Under the pieces are notes generated by a model, which worked only from the letters and a program-made list of their open reading frames with translations, was not told the DNA's origin and made no database searches. The translations under genes were made by a program, and so were the position numbers. Shown here piece after piece: positions 23,527 to 32,665 of a stretch of DNA of 64,000 bases. This DNA comes from a virus: positions 3,176-67,175 of IMG/VR virus record IMGVR_UViG_3300002153_000349, one strand, 5' to 3'. Every line of letters starts with the position of its first letter. Position 1 is the first letter of the stretch.

Positions 23527-24480
23527 ATGGAACAGATAAAATCATTTAACCAATTTATTAACGAAAACTTAAACGAAGATACTAATGATCTTTTTAAAGT
23601 TTATTTAGCAATTGATCCCGATTCAGGTCACAGATGGTGGTCTTATAAGGGATTTGCCAGCGATAATTTCTTTATACAAATTAATAAAGATAATTATAAA
23701 GACATTGACATCAATCCGGATTATCCTATATTGACTTATAACTCAGGAGTTGTTGAAACTCTTTTAAAAGAAGAATTAGTTAAAAAGGAAAATGTATATA
23801 ATAGACCGGAATTCATTAAGCAATCTGGCTCTAAAGCAGAGTTTCATAAAATAGTAGATGGAGATGAAAATATTCCACAAACATGCCATGACGAGAAAGA
23901 AGCTCTAAAGATTGGTTTTCCATTAATTGCAAAGCCAGCTGAAGGACATTCAGGTATTGGAATTCAGGTTTTTAAATCTCAAGAAGATTGGGATAAAGCT
24001 GATCATTCTAAATTTGATGTATATTCAGAATTTGTAGATAAAAAATCAGAGCATAGAATAATTAACTTTAAAGGAGATGCTTTCTTTTGGATGGAAAGAG
24101 AACCATTAAATGATAAAGCAAAATCAGGTGATGGTGACGGTAAAGAAGAAATGAATTTTAAATATATTAAAAGAGACATTAATACTCTTCCTGAAAAATT
24201 TAAAACTCTAATAGAAAAGTTCTGTGATAAGTTTAAAGATTTACCTTATATATGTTTTGATATAATGGAAGATCAAGAAGGAAAGCTTTATATTATAGAA
24301 AGTAATTCTCAACCTGGAGTTCCTTATGATTCGACAGTTCAAATATATCGTAAAATATTTAAAGACTTTTACGGAAGAGAAGTAAACAAAGACACTGATA
24401 AAGTTTTAACAAAATTATCTAATGACTTAGACAAAAAGACAATAGAACTTGACAGTAAAAGATTCGAAATAAAAGAATAA
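23527..24480 (+). CDS. ATP-grasp fold ligase (RimK-like) with a CTS-like N-terminus
   Basis: FPLIAKPAEGHSGIGI, EHR, FDIMED, IIESNSQPG; starts MEQIKSFNQFINE; GATAAATA at 23515-23522. Confidence 0.75.
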   Translation: MEQIKSFNQFINENLNEDTNDLFKVYLAIDPDSGHRWWSYKGFASDNFFIQINKDNYKDIDINPDYPILTYNSGVVETLLKEELVKKENVYNRPEFIKQSGSKAEFHKIVDGDENIPQTCHDEKEALKIGFPLIAKPAEGHSGIGIQVFKSQEDWDKADHSKFDVYSEFVDKKSEHRIINFKGDAFFWMEREPLNDKAKSGDGDGKEEMNFKYIKRDINTLPEKFKTLIEKFCDKFKDLPYICFDIMEDQEGKLYIIESNSQPGVPYDSTVQIYRKIFKDFYGREVNKDTDKVLTKLSNDLDKKTIELDSKRFEIKE

Positions 24481-24483
24481 ATT

Positions 24484-24708
24484 ATGGCATATCCAGATAT
24501 GACTTGTATGCATGTGAACCTATGGGTTCATCACATGGACATTGATAAACTGTTTGACTTTATAACAGAAAGAATTAAAGAACCACCTAACTATTGGATT
24601 TCTAGGGAATCTTGTCCTTCCACTATTACAGGAGGATATGCAGAAATTAACGTATCCTATAATACATATCTTATGATAAGGCGCGTTAAAGAACACGGCC
24701 ACTTTTAA
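24484..24708 (+). CDS. Hypothetical protein
   Basis: ORF in operon context. Confidence 0.55.
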   Translation: MAYPDMTCMHVNLWVHHMDIDKLFDFITERIKEPPNYWISRESCPSTITGGYAEINVSYNTYLMIRRVKEHGHF

Positions 24709-24722
24709 AGTATTTTATATTG

Positions 24723-24749
24723 AAACAATTCTACCTGGCGGTGTATAGC
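24723..24749 (+). promoter_or_regulatory. Class A promoter (variant -10)
   Basis: AAAC-N17-TATAGC. Confidence 0.5.
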
Positions 24750-24775
24750 TAAGTATAGTTAATAAACTTCCAAGT

Positions 24776-25243
24776 ATGAATAGATTATGGTTACGATTTG
24801 CACTGTGTATTTACGCAATATTATATACAGTGTGTCTGCCACTAATCCTAGGCATAGAGGATAGTTATAGCGATTATCACCAATTAAAACCAATCTTATT
24901 TCCTTTATTAACAATAGGAGTTTCATTAGGATTATGGCTTCATCGTTCTATTGAATGGAAAATACCAGCATTTTTATTAATAATCATAGCAAGCTTTAGC
25001 GTTGCAAACTACCCTACAATACATAATATATCCGCTATTTTATTTTTTATGTCATCGACGTGGATTATGCTCTTCGATAAAAGATTTAAAATCTTTGGAA
25101 TAATATCCGCAATATTATACCCAACGCTATTTATAGACACTGAACAGAATTTATTCCTATTTGAAGTGCTACAGATACCTATTCTTTCTCTTTATCATTT
25201 CTCTAGAGTAGTACACCTGATGAGATTAAAGAAGAAAATTTAA
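24776..25243 (+). CDS. Polytopic membrane protein
   Basis: About five or six hydrophobic segments. Confidence 0.7.
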   Translation: MNRLWLRFALCIYAILYTVCLPLILGIEDSYSDYHQLKPILFPLLTIGVSLGLWLHRSIEWKIPAFLLIIIASFSVANYPTIHNISAILFFMSSTWIMLFDKRFKIFGIISAILYPTLFIDTEQNLFLFEVLQIPILSLYHFSRVVHLMRLKKKI

Positions 25244-25268
25244 ACAATTTCACATATTTAAGTATAAT
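25242..25268 (+). promoter_or_regulatory. Class A promoter
   Basis: AAAC at 25242-25245, N17, TATAAT at 25263-25268. Confidence 0.7.
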
Positions 25269-25272
25269 CTAT

Positions 25273-25521
25273 ATGGCAAAGAAGAAAACCAAGCTAGAGA
25301 TTATTCACGTTAAGAAGCCTATTATAGGTGAAACTTACTATTTTTACTTCGCAGGAGGATGGGATATAGGTACACTAGACTGTACTGCAGATAAATTAAC
25401 TGAAACCTATGGCCATCGATGGTTTACATTTGTTAATGGAAATTATGGAAGACAAATGAGATATCCAGTCTCTATTTATAATATTAGAAAAACTCAACCA
25501 AAACAAGAAAAAGATGTATAG
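25273..25521 (+). CDS. Hypothetical protein
   Basis: ORF directly after the promoter. Confidence 0.6.
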   Translation: MAKKKTKLEIIHVKKPIIGETYYFYFAGGWDIGTLDCTADKLTETYGHRWFTFVNGNYGRQMRYPVSIYNIRKTQPKQEKDV

Positions 25522-26263
25522 TATTTCAGATTTAAAGAACATGTTATTTATCGACATTGAAACGTCGACAGCTGCAAAAGATCTAAAAGGTTACGCAGAA
25601 ATTATTGGAGAGAATGCATATTCTCACTGGGAAAAGAAAGCAAAGTATGGTAGACAAAGCAAATCAGAGTATGAAGGAGTTTCAGATGCTGATATGTATA
25701 TCAAGGATGCTGCCCTTTATCCTGAATTCGGACGAGTAGTAGTAATTACAATTGGACAGATCACCTTCCCAGATGGCATTACACCGACCCCTAAAGTAAA
25801 GTCCTTTTATGGAGACGATGAAAAAGAATTACTTAAAGAATTCATGCATACGATGGGTCTTATATTTAATAAGAATCCTAAGATCCAGATAGTAGGTCAC
25901 AATATTAAAGGATTCGATATGCCCTACCTTATTAAAAGATCTATTATAAAGAGAGTTGAAATTCCACAGCAATTACATTTACAAAAATTAAAGCCATGGG
26001 AAAACTGTCTATTAGATACTAATGAAATTTGGAAGTTCGGTGGATGGAACGGTGCATCTCTTTCTATGATATGTGATCTTTTGGAAATTCCATCTCCTAA
26101 ACAAAATATGTATGGTGGAGAAGTTTCAGAAGCGTATTATGCTGGAAGATTAGAAGAGATCAAAGACTATTGTGAAGATGACGTAGTAGGAACTATGAAT
26201 ATTCTTTTAAAAATGTCGGACATGGAATTAGTATTTAATAATCGGGTAGAAGCTCCGTTTTAA
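25514..26263 (+). CDS. DEDD 3'-5' exonuclease (PolB proofreading-like, stand-alone)
   Basis: FIDIET (ExoI), GHNIKGFD (ExoII), YCEDDV (ExoIII). Confidence 0.85.
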   Translation: MYSISDLKNMLFIDIETSTAAKDLKGYAEIIGENAYSHWEKKAKYGRQSKSEYEGVSDADMYIKDAALYPEFGRVVVITIGQITFPDGITPTPKVKSFYGDDEKELLKEFMHTMGLIFNKNPKIQIVGHNIKGFDMPYLIKRSIIKRVEIPQQLHLQKLKPWENCLLDTNEIWKFGGWNGASLSMICDLLEIPSPKQNMYGGEVSEAYYAGRLEEIKDYCEDDVVGTMNILLKMSDMELVFNNRVEAPF

Positions 26264-26270
26264 TTTAAAC

Positions 26271-26336
26271 TTTTTTGAAAATAAACAGCTAAAAGTTTTT
26301 TTATCTCAGATTTTTTGCTTATATTAGTATAGTAAT
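26271..26336 (+). promoter_or_regulatory. Class B 66-bp upstream element, copy 1 (putative early/host-RNAP promoter)
   Basis: Identical to 32145-32210; contains TATATTAG, resembling the Bacteroidota -7 element TAnnTTTG. Confidence 0.7.
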
Positions 26337-26351
26337 TAAAAATAAAGAAAT

Positions 26352-26636
26352 ATGTTTGAAGACTTTGAAGACCAAAATAACGATGAGCACGATGAAATAA
26401 CTCAGATTCAGAAAAAAGCAGATATGGAAAATAATCTTCATGAATTAAAAGATAAACTAGTTAGAAATAACTGGGAAATGATCTTAGAAAAAGGAGTTGA
26501 TTTTAAATCAATGCAAGACAACGGTATTGAAATTGAACCCGTTGTTAGAACATTACAGCAAATGCTAGATTGGTTTCAGGAATCTGAAGAGTATGAAAAA
26601 TGTGCATATCTTAAAAATATTTTAGACAATAAATAA
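26352..26636 (+). CDS. Small protein with a C-terminal UVR-like motif
   Basis: Ends MLDWFQESEEYEKCAYLKNILDNK. Confidence 0.72.
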   Translation: MFEDFEDQNNDEHDEITQIQKKADMENNLHELKDKLVRNNWEMILEKGVDFKSMQDNGIEIEPVVRTLQQMLDWFQESEEYEKCAYLKNILDNK

Positions 26637-26653
26637 ATGTGTATAAATATATC

Positions 26654-26848
26654 ATGGAAGAACAATTACTAAAAGTCATTGCGGAGCAACTTACTAGAAT
26701 TGCAGATCTTATGGAAAACCAACAGAAAAGAGATGTGGTTGAAAAAAGAAAGAGCATCAAAGTCGTTAAGGAAGCCGTAAAGAAAAGAAAGAATGAACTA
26801 CTACGAACTGCTGCAGATAGACAAGTCAGCAAGCCAAGCCGAGATTAA
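26654..26848 (+). CDS. Small basic helical protein
   Basis: ATG 26654 lies 4 nt after TATAAATA (26642-26649); overlaps the dnaJ start. Confidence 0.55.
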   Translation: MEEQLLKVIAEQLTRIADLMENQQKRDVVEKRKSIKVVKEAVKKRKNELLRTAADRQVSKPSRD

Positions 26849-27593
26849 GAAGGCCTATCGTAAATTAGCAAAACAATATCATCCCGATACTGATCAAGGG
26901 GATGAGTCTTCCTTTAAAGAAATCGTTAATGCGTATGAAGTTTTATCTGACGAAAACAAGAAAAGAAAATATGATATTAGCATAGGACATGCATCTTCTG
27001 ATAATCCATTTCATACTTGGTTTCAAAATGAAGGAGGATCTTTCAGCGATATGTTTAACGATGCATTTGGTTCTTCGTCAAAGGGAGTGGATGTCACTGT
27101 TAGAATGACAATAACCCTAGAAGAATCTTATCATGGAACTCAAAAGAGAGTAGACCTAGGTTCTAAAAAGTTAAATGTTAATATACCTAAAGGAGTCTAT
27201 GAAGGTATGAAGCTAAAGATTAGTGGAAAAGGTCAACCTCATCCGGCTAATTCATCTGCACCTAACGGAGATTTAATCATTGTAATTAATTTAAAATACG
27301 ATGATAGGATTATATTAAACGGAAGTGATATTTACGTAGATGCAAACGTTCCCTTTTATGACATGATTCTAGGAACAGAAATAGAAGTAAATACACCCTT
27401 TTATAAATTAAAGGTAAATGTTCCTCCAAACTCACAAAATAATAAGATACTAAGAATAAGTGGCAAGGGTTTTCCGATATATAGTATGAATACTTTTGGT
27501 AACCTTATGGTGAAGTTAAATGCATTTAATCCACCGCTAAAGGATTCACAAATAGACTTAATAAAAAAAATTAAAAAGATAGACAATGAATGA
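26793..27593 (+). CDS. dnaJ: DnaJ/CbpA-type class B J-domain co-chaperone
   Basis: NYYELL...IKKAYRKLAKQYHPD J-domain, short G/F region, DnaJ_C domains, no Zn finger. Confidence 0.9.
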   Translation: MNYYELLQIDKSASQAEIKKAYRKLAKQYHPDTDQGDESSFKEIVNAYEVLSDENKKRKYDISIGHASSDNPFHTWFQNEGGSFSDMFNDAFGSSSKGVDVTVRMTITLEESYHGTQKRVDLGSKKLNVNIPKGVYEGMKLKISGKGQPHPANSSAPNGDLIIVINLKYDDRIILNGSDIYVDANVPFYDMILGTEIEVNTPFYKLKVNVPPNSQNNKILRISGKGFPIYSMNTFGNLMVKLNAFNPPLKDSQIDLIKKIKKIDNE

Positions 27594-27888
27594 TTTACCA
27601 GATTTCGACGAATGGGATAATTCAGAAAATAGAGAAAACCAAGAATTTGAAGTTAACAACAGTGTAGAATCAATTGCGTTTATTGAAAAATTAAAATCAT
27701 CATCCAAAGAGATCATGATGGAATTAATTTATAAAGCTATAATTGAAGACGAAATGGGAGCATTAAAGAATAATACTCCTAAAGAAGAGAAAATTGCAGC
27801 ATTAGAAACGGTTATCAAATATTTCGTAGAACAAGAAGAATATGAAAGATGCCATGAACTTAAAAAAATTATCAGGAATATATGTTAA
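27586..27888 (+). CDS. Small protein with a C-terminal UVR-like motif
   Basis: Ends VIKYFVEQEEYERCHELKKIIRNIC. Confidence 0.72.
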   Translation: MNDLPDFDEWDNSENRENQEFEVNNSVESIAFIEKLKSSSKEIMMELIYKAIIEDEMGALKNNTPKEEKIAALETVIKYFVEQEEYERCHELKKIIRNIC

Positions 27889-28079
27889 TAATTAATGTAG
27901 ATAAGGGAAATATAGAAAAGGCTTTAAAACAGTATAAACGTAAAACCATTAAAACCAAGCAAATGAAAAAGGTTAGAGATGAGAAACAATATACTAAACC
28001 CTCTGCGTTAAAGAGACTTAAGTTCCAAAAAGCAATATATCTTCAAAAGAAATCAGAAGCCGAAAATAAGGACAAGTAA
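27882..28079 (+). CDS. rpsU: 30S ribosomal protein bS21 (Bacteroidota-like)
   Basis: MLII.V...NIEKALKQYKRK...YTKPS..KR....KAIY.Q; basic, 65 aa. Confidence 0.9.
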   Translation: MLIINVDKGNIEKALKQYKRKTIKTKQMKKVRDEKQYTKPSALKRLKFQKAIYLQKKSEAENKDK

Positions 28080-28185
28080 AAATATAATAAGATATTTTTT
28101 TACTTCATTTTACCCTAGACTTTAGTGGAATTAAATATATAAGTTGAGATTATTAATATCTCGATATAAAAAAACATACTTTGTA

Positions 28186-28443
28186 ATGAAGGAATCTTTT
28201 AGTGATGATAAAGATGCATTGATGAGATCAAGCTATTATACTATCACAAGAAATTTTACTAAAACTATCAATAGATTTGTCGTATTCAGCGAAGGCAAGA
28301 ATACGATAGAAATACCACATGGTGAAGGACAAAGAAGCAAGTTCATAGATATTATTATAGAATACTTTGAAGAACTTGAGGAGTATGAGAAATGTGATAC
28401 GTTATTACAGCTTAAAAAAACGGTAATAATGGCAGGAGACTAA
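28186..28443 (+). CDS. Small protein with a C-terminal UVR-like motif
   Basis: IIEYFEELEEYEKCDTLLQLKK; ATG 28186 preferred over TTG 28144. Confidence 0.68.
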   Translation: MKESFSDDKDALMRSSYYTITRNFTKTINRFVVFSEGKNTIEIPHGEGQRSKFIDIIIEYFEELEEYEKCDTLLQLKKTVIMAGD

Positions 28444-28457
28444 AAAAATTAAACTCA

Positions 28458-29186
28458 ATGAGCAGAAACAATTCAAACAATAAATCTTCATCTAGTTCGG
28501 AAGGACCTAGAAGAAGAAGATACGGAATAAAAGAAGCAGAATTAAAAGGAGTACAATTAAGACAATCCCAAAAGAAATATACAAACACAATACTAGAGAA
28601 TCAGATAACGTTTTGCACAGGTCCAGCTGGAACATCCAAAACATTTACAGCATGTTATACTGCACTTCTCCTCTTAGCTAAAAAAGAGATTTCACAAATA
28701 GTATTATGTAAACCCATCCAGGAAGCAGGTGAAAAGTTAGGATTTTTACCAGGAGATATCGCAGACAAGATAGATCCATTTATGCAATCATACATATCGA
28801 ACATTACAAAAATAGTAGGAGCTGAAATAGCACAAACTCTCGTAGAGAAAGAAGTTATCGTATTTAGACCAATGGCATATATGAGAGGTGATACGTTTGA
28901 CGGATCGTTAATGGTATTAGATGAGGCACAGAATGCTACGTTTAAGCAGTTAATGTTATTTGTAACAAGAATGGGTAAAGACTCTAAGGTTATAGTAACT
29001 GGAGACGTTAGTCAACATGATATATCTAAAGCCAATGTTGGTTTACCTTCGTTTACTGAATTAATGACAGGTATTAAAGGAATAGGTGTGCATGAATTTA
29101 CTGAAAAAGATATTGTTAGAGCAAAGATCCTTCAAGAAGTCGTAAAGAGATATGACAAGTGGAAGGAAAACCACGAGCCTAAATAA
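28458..29186 (+). CDS. phoH: PhoH family ATPase
   Basis: GPAGTSKT, EKLGFLPG, AYMRGDTF, LDEAQN, GDVSQHD. Confidence 0.93.
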   Translation: MSRNNSNNKSSSSSEGPRRRRYGIKEAELKGVQLRQSQKKYTNTILENQITFCTGPAGTSKTFTACYTALLLLAKKEISQIVLCKPIQEAGEKLGFLPGDIADKIDPFMQSYISNITKIVGAEIAQTLVEKEVIVFRPMAYMRGDTFDGSLMVLDEAQNATFKQLMLFVTRMGKDSKVIVTGDVSQHDISKANVGLPSFTELMTGIKGIGVHEFTEKDIVRAKILQEVVKRYDKWKENHEPK

Positions 29187-29211
29187 ACATTTCGCTAAAT
29201 GTGTGTATAAC
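29185..29211 (+). promoter_or_regulatory. Class A promoter
   Basis: AAAC-N17-TATAAC. Confidence 0.65.
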
Positions 29212-29227
29212 TCCTATAAAACTTAAC

Positions 29228-29857
29228 ATGGAGAAAACAAAACACATCTTACTTAAAGGAAGCTATCATGGTGATAGAAATATTGTTGAAGTTGGCATAG
29301 ATGAAGCAGGTAGAGGAGCCCTAGCGGGACCAGTTACAGTATCTGCTGTTATTATGCCACACGGATTCAGTCACCCTTTGGTTAAAGATTCTAAATTACT
29401 AAATGAATCTCAGAGAAAGGAAGCAAGGGAAATAGTATTAGACAACGCAATTGCGTATAGTGTTCAGCATATAGATATTGAAATCATAGAATCTACCAAT
29501 ATACTAAAGGCAACTCTTTTAGGAATGAAAGAATGTCTCAATAATATTGATAGCTCATTTGATTTTATTCTAGTAGATGGAGATCAATTTCATGGTTATG
29601 AAGGAATTCCATTTAACACAATAGTTGGTGGAGATAATAAATATAGTTCAATCGCTGCAGCATCTATTCTTGCTAAAACAAGTAGAGATATGTTAATGAA
29701 AGAATTAGACGAAGCTACGCCAGGATATGGATGGAATTCTAATAAAGGATATGGAACAAAACAACATATCACTGCAATAAAGGAAATGGGTCCATGTGAA
29801 ACTCATCGCCATTCATTTATATCACATTTATTAACGACTACTTCCTCACTCTTTTAA
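29228..29857 (+). CDS. rnhB: Ribonuclease HII
   Basis: GIDEAGRGALAGPV, DSKLL, LVDG, IAAASILAK..RD, NKGYGT..H; ATG 29228 follows the promoter. Confidence 0.93.
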   Translation: MEKTKHILLKGSYHGDRNIVEVGIDEAGRGALAGPVTVSAVIMPHGFSHPLVKDSKLLNESQRKEAREIVLDNAIAYSVQHIDIEIIESTNILKATLLGMKECLNNIDSSFDFILVDGDQFHGYEGIPFNTIVGGDNKYSSIAAASILAKTSRDMLMKELDEATPGYGWNSNKGYGTKQHITAIKEMGPCETHRHSFISHLLTTTSSLF

Positions 29858-30201
29858 TGAGGAGTTTGTTAATAGGAATGTTATTATTCCTAGGAGGCCA
29901 GATCGGAATATGGTTTCAGACTAATAGTCAGTTTATTTCTCCATGGGCTAAAAGAAATCCAATGCTATTATCAGTTGTAGGAGGAACTATAATAAGTTAT
30001 ATGTTTATTAAAGCAACTGCACAGATTGCAGGATATTATGATGGTGCACTATGGCCTGGCAGATTTATAGGTTTTTCTATGGGAATATTCTCATTCGCCT
30101 TTTTAACATGGTATTTTATGGGTGAAGGTATTAATACAAAGACAATGGTTTCACTATGTCTAGCAATAGCACTAATTAGCGTACAATTATTATGGAAATA
30201 A
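29857..30201 (+). CDS. Small four-TM membrane protein (DMT/SMR-like size)
   Basis: 114 aa with four hydrophobic helices. Confidence 0.65.
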   Translation: MRSLLIGMLLFLGGQIGIWFQTNSQFISPWAKRNPMLLSVVGGTIISYMFIKATAQIAGYYDGALWPGRFIGFSMGIFSFAFLTWYFMGEGINTKTMVSLCLAIALISVQLLWK

Positions 30202-30917
30202 ATTCAGTTACAGTTGTTCTTACTTCATGTGGGAGAATAGATCTTTTAGAAAAAACACTAGATTCTTTTTTTAAATTTAACACATATCCCATTGAAAGAT
30301 TTATTATAACTGAAGACTCTGCACAACATGAAGTATTCGATGCATGCGTTGAACTTAATAAGAAGTATGATAATTCTATTGAGTTTATGTTTAATGAAAA
30401 TAAGCTAGGACAATCTAAGTCAATAGACAAGGCATACTCTACAGTAACTACGAAATATGTTTTTCATTGTGAAGAAGATTGGGAGTTCTATAGACACGGA
30501 TTTATTGAAGATTCTATTAGAATTCTTTCTGCAAGTGAAAAGATATTACAGGCATGGATACGTCCTAAGAACGATAGAATTTTAAATAAAATATCTGAAA
30601 AAATATTCGAATTAAATGGAATGAAAGTTAGAGCAGTTCTTCCTGCTAGTTTTTCAACAGGGGATATGAACGAAGATGGTACTCCTATGATAGTTAAAAA
30701 CTATATGGGATTTAGCTGGAATCCAGGCCTAAAACGAATTAGCGATTACAGACTATTAACTAACGGGTACACGGGAATGGTCAGAGAACATCTAGTGGAT
30801 CATTGGTATAGAGATCATGGTTTTATAGTTGTCAGTTTATCTGTGAACGACGGAGACGGGTATGTTAAACATATCGGATGGGACAGAAGAGCAGGAGATC
30901 CTGGTTTTGTAGGATAG
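30192..30917 (+). CDS. GT-A/GT2-like glycosyltransferase
   Basis: VVLTSCGR.DLL..TL.SF, IITEDS, YVFHCEEDW, FSWNPGL, HIG. Confidence 0.78.
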   Translation: MEINSVTVVLTSCGRIDLLEKTLDSFFKFNTYPIERFIITEDSAQHEVFDACVELNKKYDNSIEFMFNENKLGQSKSIDKAYSTVTTKYVFHCEEDWEFYRHGFIEDSIRILSASEKILQAWIRPKNDRILNKISEKIFELNGMKVRAVLPASFSTGDMNEDGTPMIVKNYMGFSWNPGLKRISDYRLLTNGYTGMVREHLVDHWYRDHGFIVVSLSVNDGDGYVKHIGWDRRAGDPGFVG

Positions 30918-30928
30918 ATATATAGAGT

Positions 30929-31486
30929 ATGAAACATCTAATGACATTTGAAAAATATTACGGATACGACGATTTTAATCGTAAATGGGGTTCTCCTGAA
31001 GAAATGATGGAAGAAGTAGAATGGGTTCTTTCTCGATTACTGCCTAAAAAAGATATGGTAAAATCTATAGAAGATTCTTCTACTGACAAGGGTATTAAAT
31101 TTACAGTTACTCTAAAATCTAAAGACATTATACATTTATATAAGATCAGTCAATTTAGATTTCAAGAAAATCAAGGATGGGAATATTACTTTAATAAAAA
31201 GAAGGTTAGCTTTAACGATTTAAAATCAGACCTTGAAAAGAATAACATGTCAGATTTGGAAGTATTCTTAAAGTACTTCAAGTCATATGATTTCTATTAT
31301 CAATATATCGATGATGGAGGACAATATAAAGCCGCACAGAATAATAACAACTCTATTGTTAATAGGTTTAATAGCTTATCATCTTCTGATAAAAAGAAAG
31401 CTAAAAAGGAATTAGTAAAGCATTTTAAAGCTTCTTATAAAGATAAGAAAATTCTCGATTTAGTAAACTCTACGTTTAAATCGTAG
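30929..31486 (+). CDS. Hypothetical protein with a CTS-like N-terminus
   Basis: MKHLMTFEKY; GATATATA 4 nt upstream. Confidence 0.65.
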   Translation: MKHLMTFEKYYGYDDFNRKWGSPEEMMEEVEWVLSRLLPKKDMVKSIEDSSTDKGIKFTVTLKSKDIIHLYKISQFRFQENQGWEYYFNKKKVSFNDLKSDLEKNNMSDLEVFLKYFKSYDFYYQYIDDGGQYKAAQNNNNSIVNRFNSLSSSDKKKAKKELVKHFKASYKDKKILDLVNSTFKS

Positions 31487-31498
31487 CTCTTTAAAAAT

Positions 31499-31521
31499 AA
31501 CCCGAACTTATCGGGTTTTTT
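31499..31521 (+). terminator. Intrinsic terminator
   Basis: aacccga-actta-tcgggtt followed by a T-run. Confidence 0.75.
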
Positions 31522-31524
31522 ACT

Positions 31525-32121
31525 ATGACTATTCATGTAGCACCACCGAGAGGAATCAAAGAAAAAGAGTCAATTCGAATCTGGCTTTCTCATTACAATC
31601 ACGAAATAATATGGTTAGATCTTAGACGCAAGGTCAAAGGACCTTTACTACTATGCGGAGGAGCAGACATTGGAAAAGACGAGGAAAGAGATGCTAGAGA
31701 ATTCGTATGGATTAAGCAGGCTCTAGATTCTAATAATAGAATATTAGGAATATGTAGGGGAATGCAAATATTAAATCATTATTTCGGAGGAAAGGTAGAA
31801 GATTTATCTGATGCAATTGTAGAAGACCATAAATCTGCCGACTTTTCAGAAAACATAGATCATAGTGGAAAGCCATCTCAATTTCACACAGTTGAAGACT
31901 TGAATGGTATATTAACTAACGTTAATTCAAGACACCACCAGCATTGTAATACTCTAGCTAAAAACTTCAAAGCTACACATCTTTCATATCCGCTATACTC
32001 TGTAGTTGAAGGATTCGAAGACTTAGATAAAAAGATATGGGCAGTTCAATGGCATCCTGAAAAGATGGAGTCAGAAGATAACGAATATCCTTTAGGTAAA
32101 CTGTACCATAAGTTTTTGTAA
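31525..32121 (+). CDS. Class I glutamine amidotransferase / peptidase C26 (PuuD-like gamma-glutamyl hydrolase)
   Basis: LLLCGGAD, LGICRGMQ, VNSRHHQ, AVQWHPE. Confidence 0.88.
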   Translation: MTIHVAPPRGIKEKESIRIWLSHYNHEIIWLDLRRKVKGPLLLCGGADIGKDEERDAREFVWIKQALDSNNRILGICRGMQILNHYFGGKVEDLSDAIVEDHKSADFSENIDHSGKPSQFHTVEDLNGILTNVNSRHHQHCNTLAKNFKATHLSYPLYSVVEGFEDLDKKIWAVQWHPEKMESEDNEYPLGKLYHKFL

Positions 32122-32144
32122 TAACTTCTGGTTATAACCAAAAG

Positions 32145-32210
32145 TTTTTTGAAAATAAACAGCTAAAAGTTTTTTTATCTCAGATTTTTTGCTTATATTA
32201 GTATAGTAAT
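32145..32210 (+). promoter_or_regulatory. Class B 66-bp element, copy 2
   Basis: Identical to 26271-26336. Confidence 0.7.
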
Positions 32211-32226
32211 CAATCAAGCAATAATA

Positions 32227-32451
32227 ATGATCAGAAAGAAACTTCACAAACATCAATCAAATCCTGTAATAATCGACTTAACAGGTCCTGAAGGAAATGC
32301 CTTCATGCTATTAGCCTACGCAAAAAGTTTTTCAAAAGATCTTGGAAAGGATTGGGAAACTCTTTATTCTCAAATGACAGGAGGAGACTATGAAAATCTT
32401 ATTAAAGTATTTGACGAAGCGTTTGGAGATTTTGTAATCTTAGAAAGGTAA
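32227..32451 (+). CDS. Small phage hypothetical protein
   Basis: IDLTGPEGNAF motif; follows a class B element. Confidence 0.65.
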   Translation: MIRKKLHKHQSNPVIIDLTGPEGNAFMLLAYAKSFSKDLGKDWETLYSQMTGGDYENLIKVFDEAFGDFVILER

Positions 32452-32588
32452 TGGAAAACAAGGGTAAGAAATTAAAAGAAGTAAATTTAACATTGCAAGA
32501 GTGGCTTGATGCCCTTCGTATGCCTACTCCTGTGAGAAACAAGAAAAAGTATCGAAGAAAGAATAAGCATAAAAACAAAGAAGATTAA
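32451..32588 (+). CDS. 45-aa basic peptide with an ArfA-like C-terminal motif (not in the ORF track)
   Basis: MENKGKKLKEVNLTLQEWLDALRMPTPVRNKKKYRRKNKHKNKED*; TAATG coupling to the previous ORF; fills the gap exactly. Confidence 0.65.
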   Translation: MENKGKKLKEVNLTLQEWLDALRMPTPVRNKKKYRRKNKHKNKED

Positions 32589-32646
32589 AAATAAACAGTA
32601 AAATGTTTTTTTATCTCAAGTATTTTGCTTATATTAGTATAGTAAT
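32587..32646 (+). promoter_or_regulatory. Class B element, copy 3 (diverged)
   Basis: aaaataaacag...tttttttatctca...ttttgcttatattagtatagtaat. Confidence 0.65.
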
Positions 32647-32665
32647 TAATAATTAAAACAAACAC

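Noticed and set aside
27874-27877. AGGA before rpsU as an autoregulatory Shine-Dalgarno like that of flavobacterial rpsU
   Set aside because: Only 4 nt long, 4 nt from the ATG and inside the upstream coding sequence; too weak
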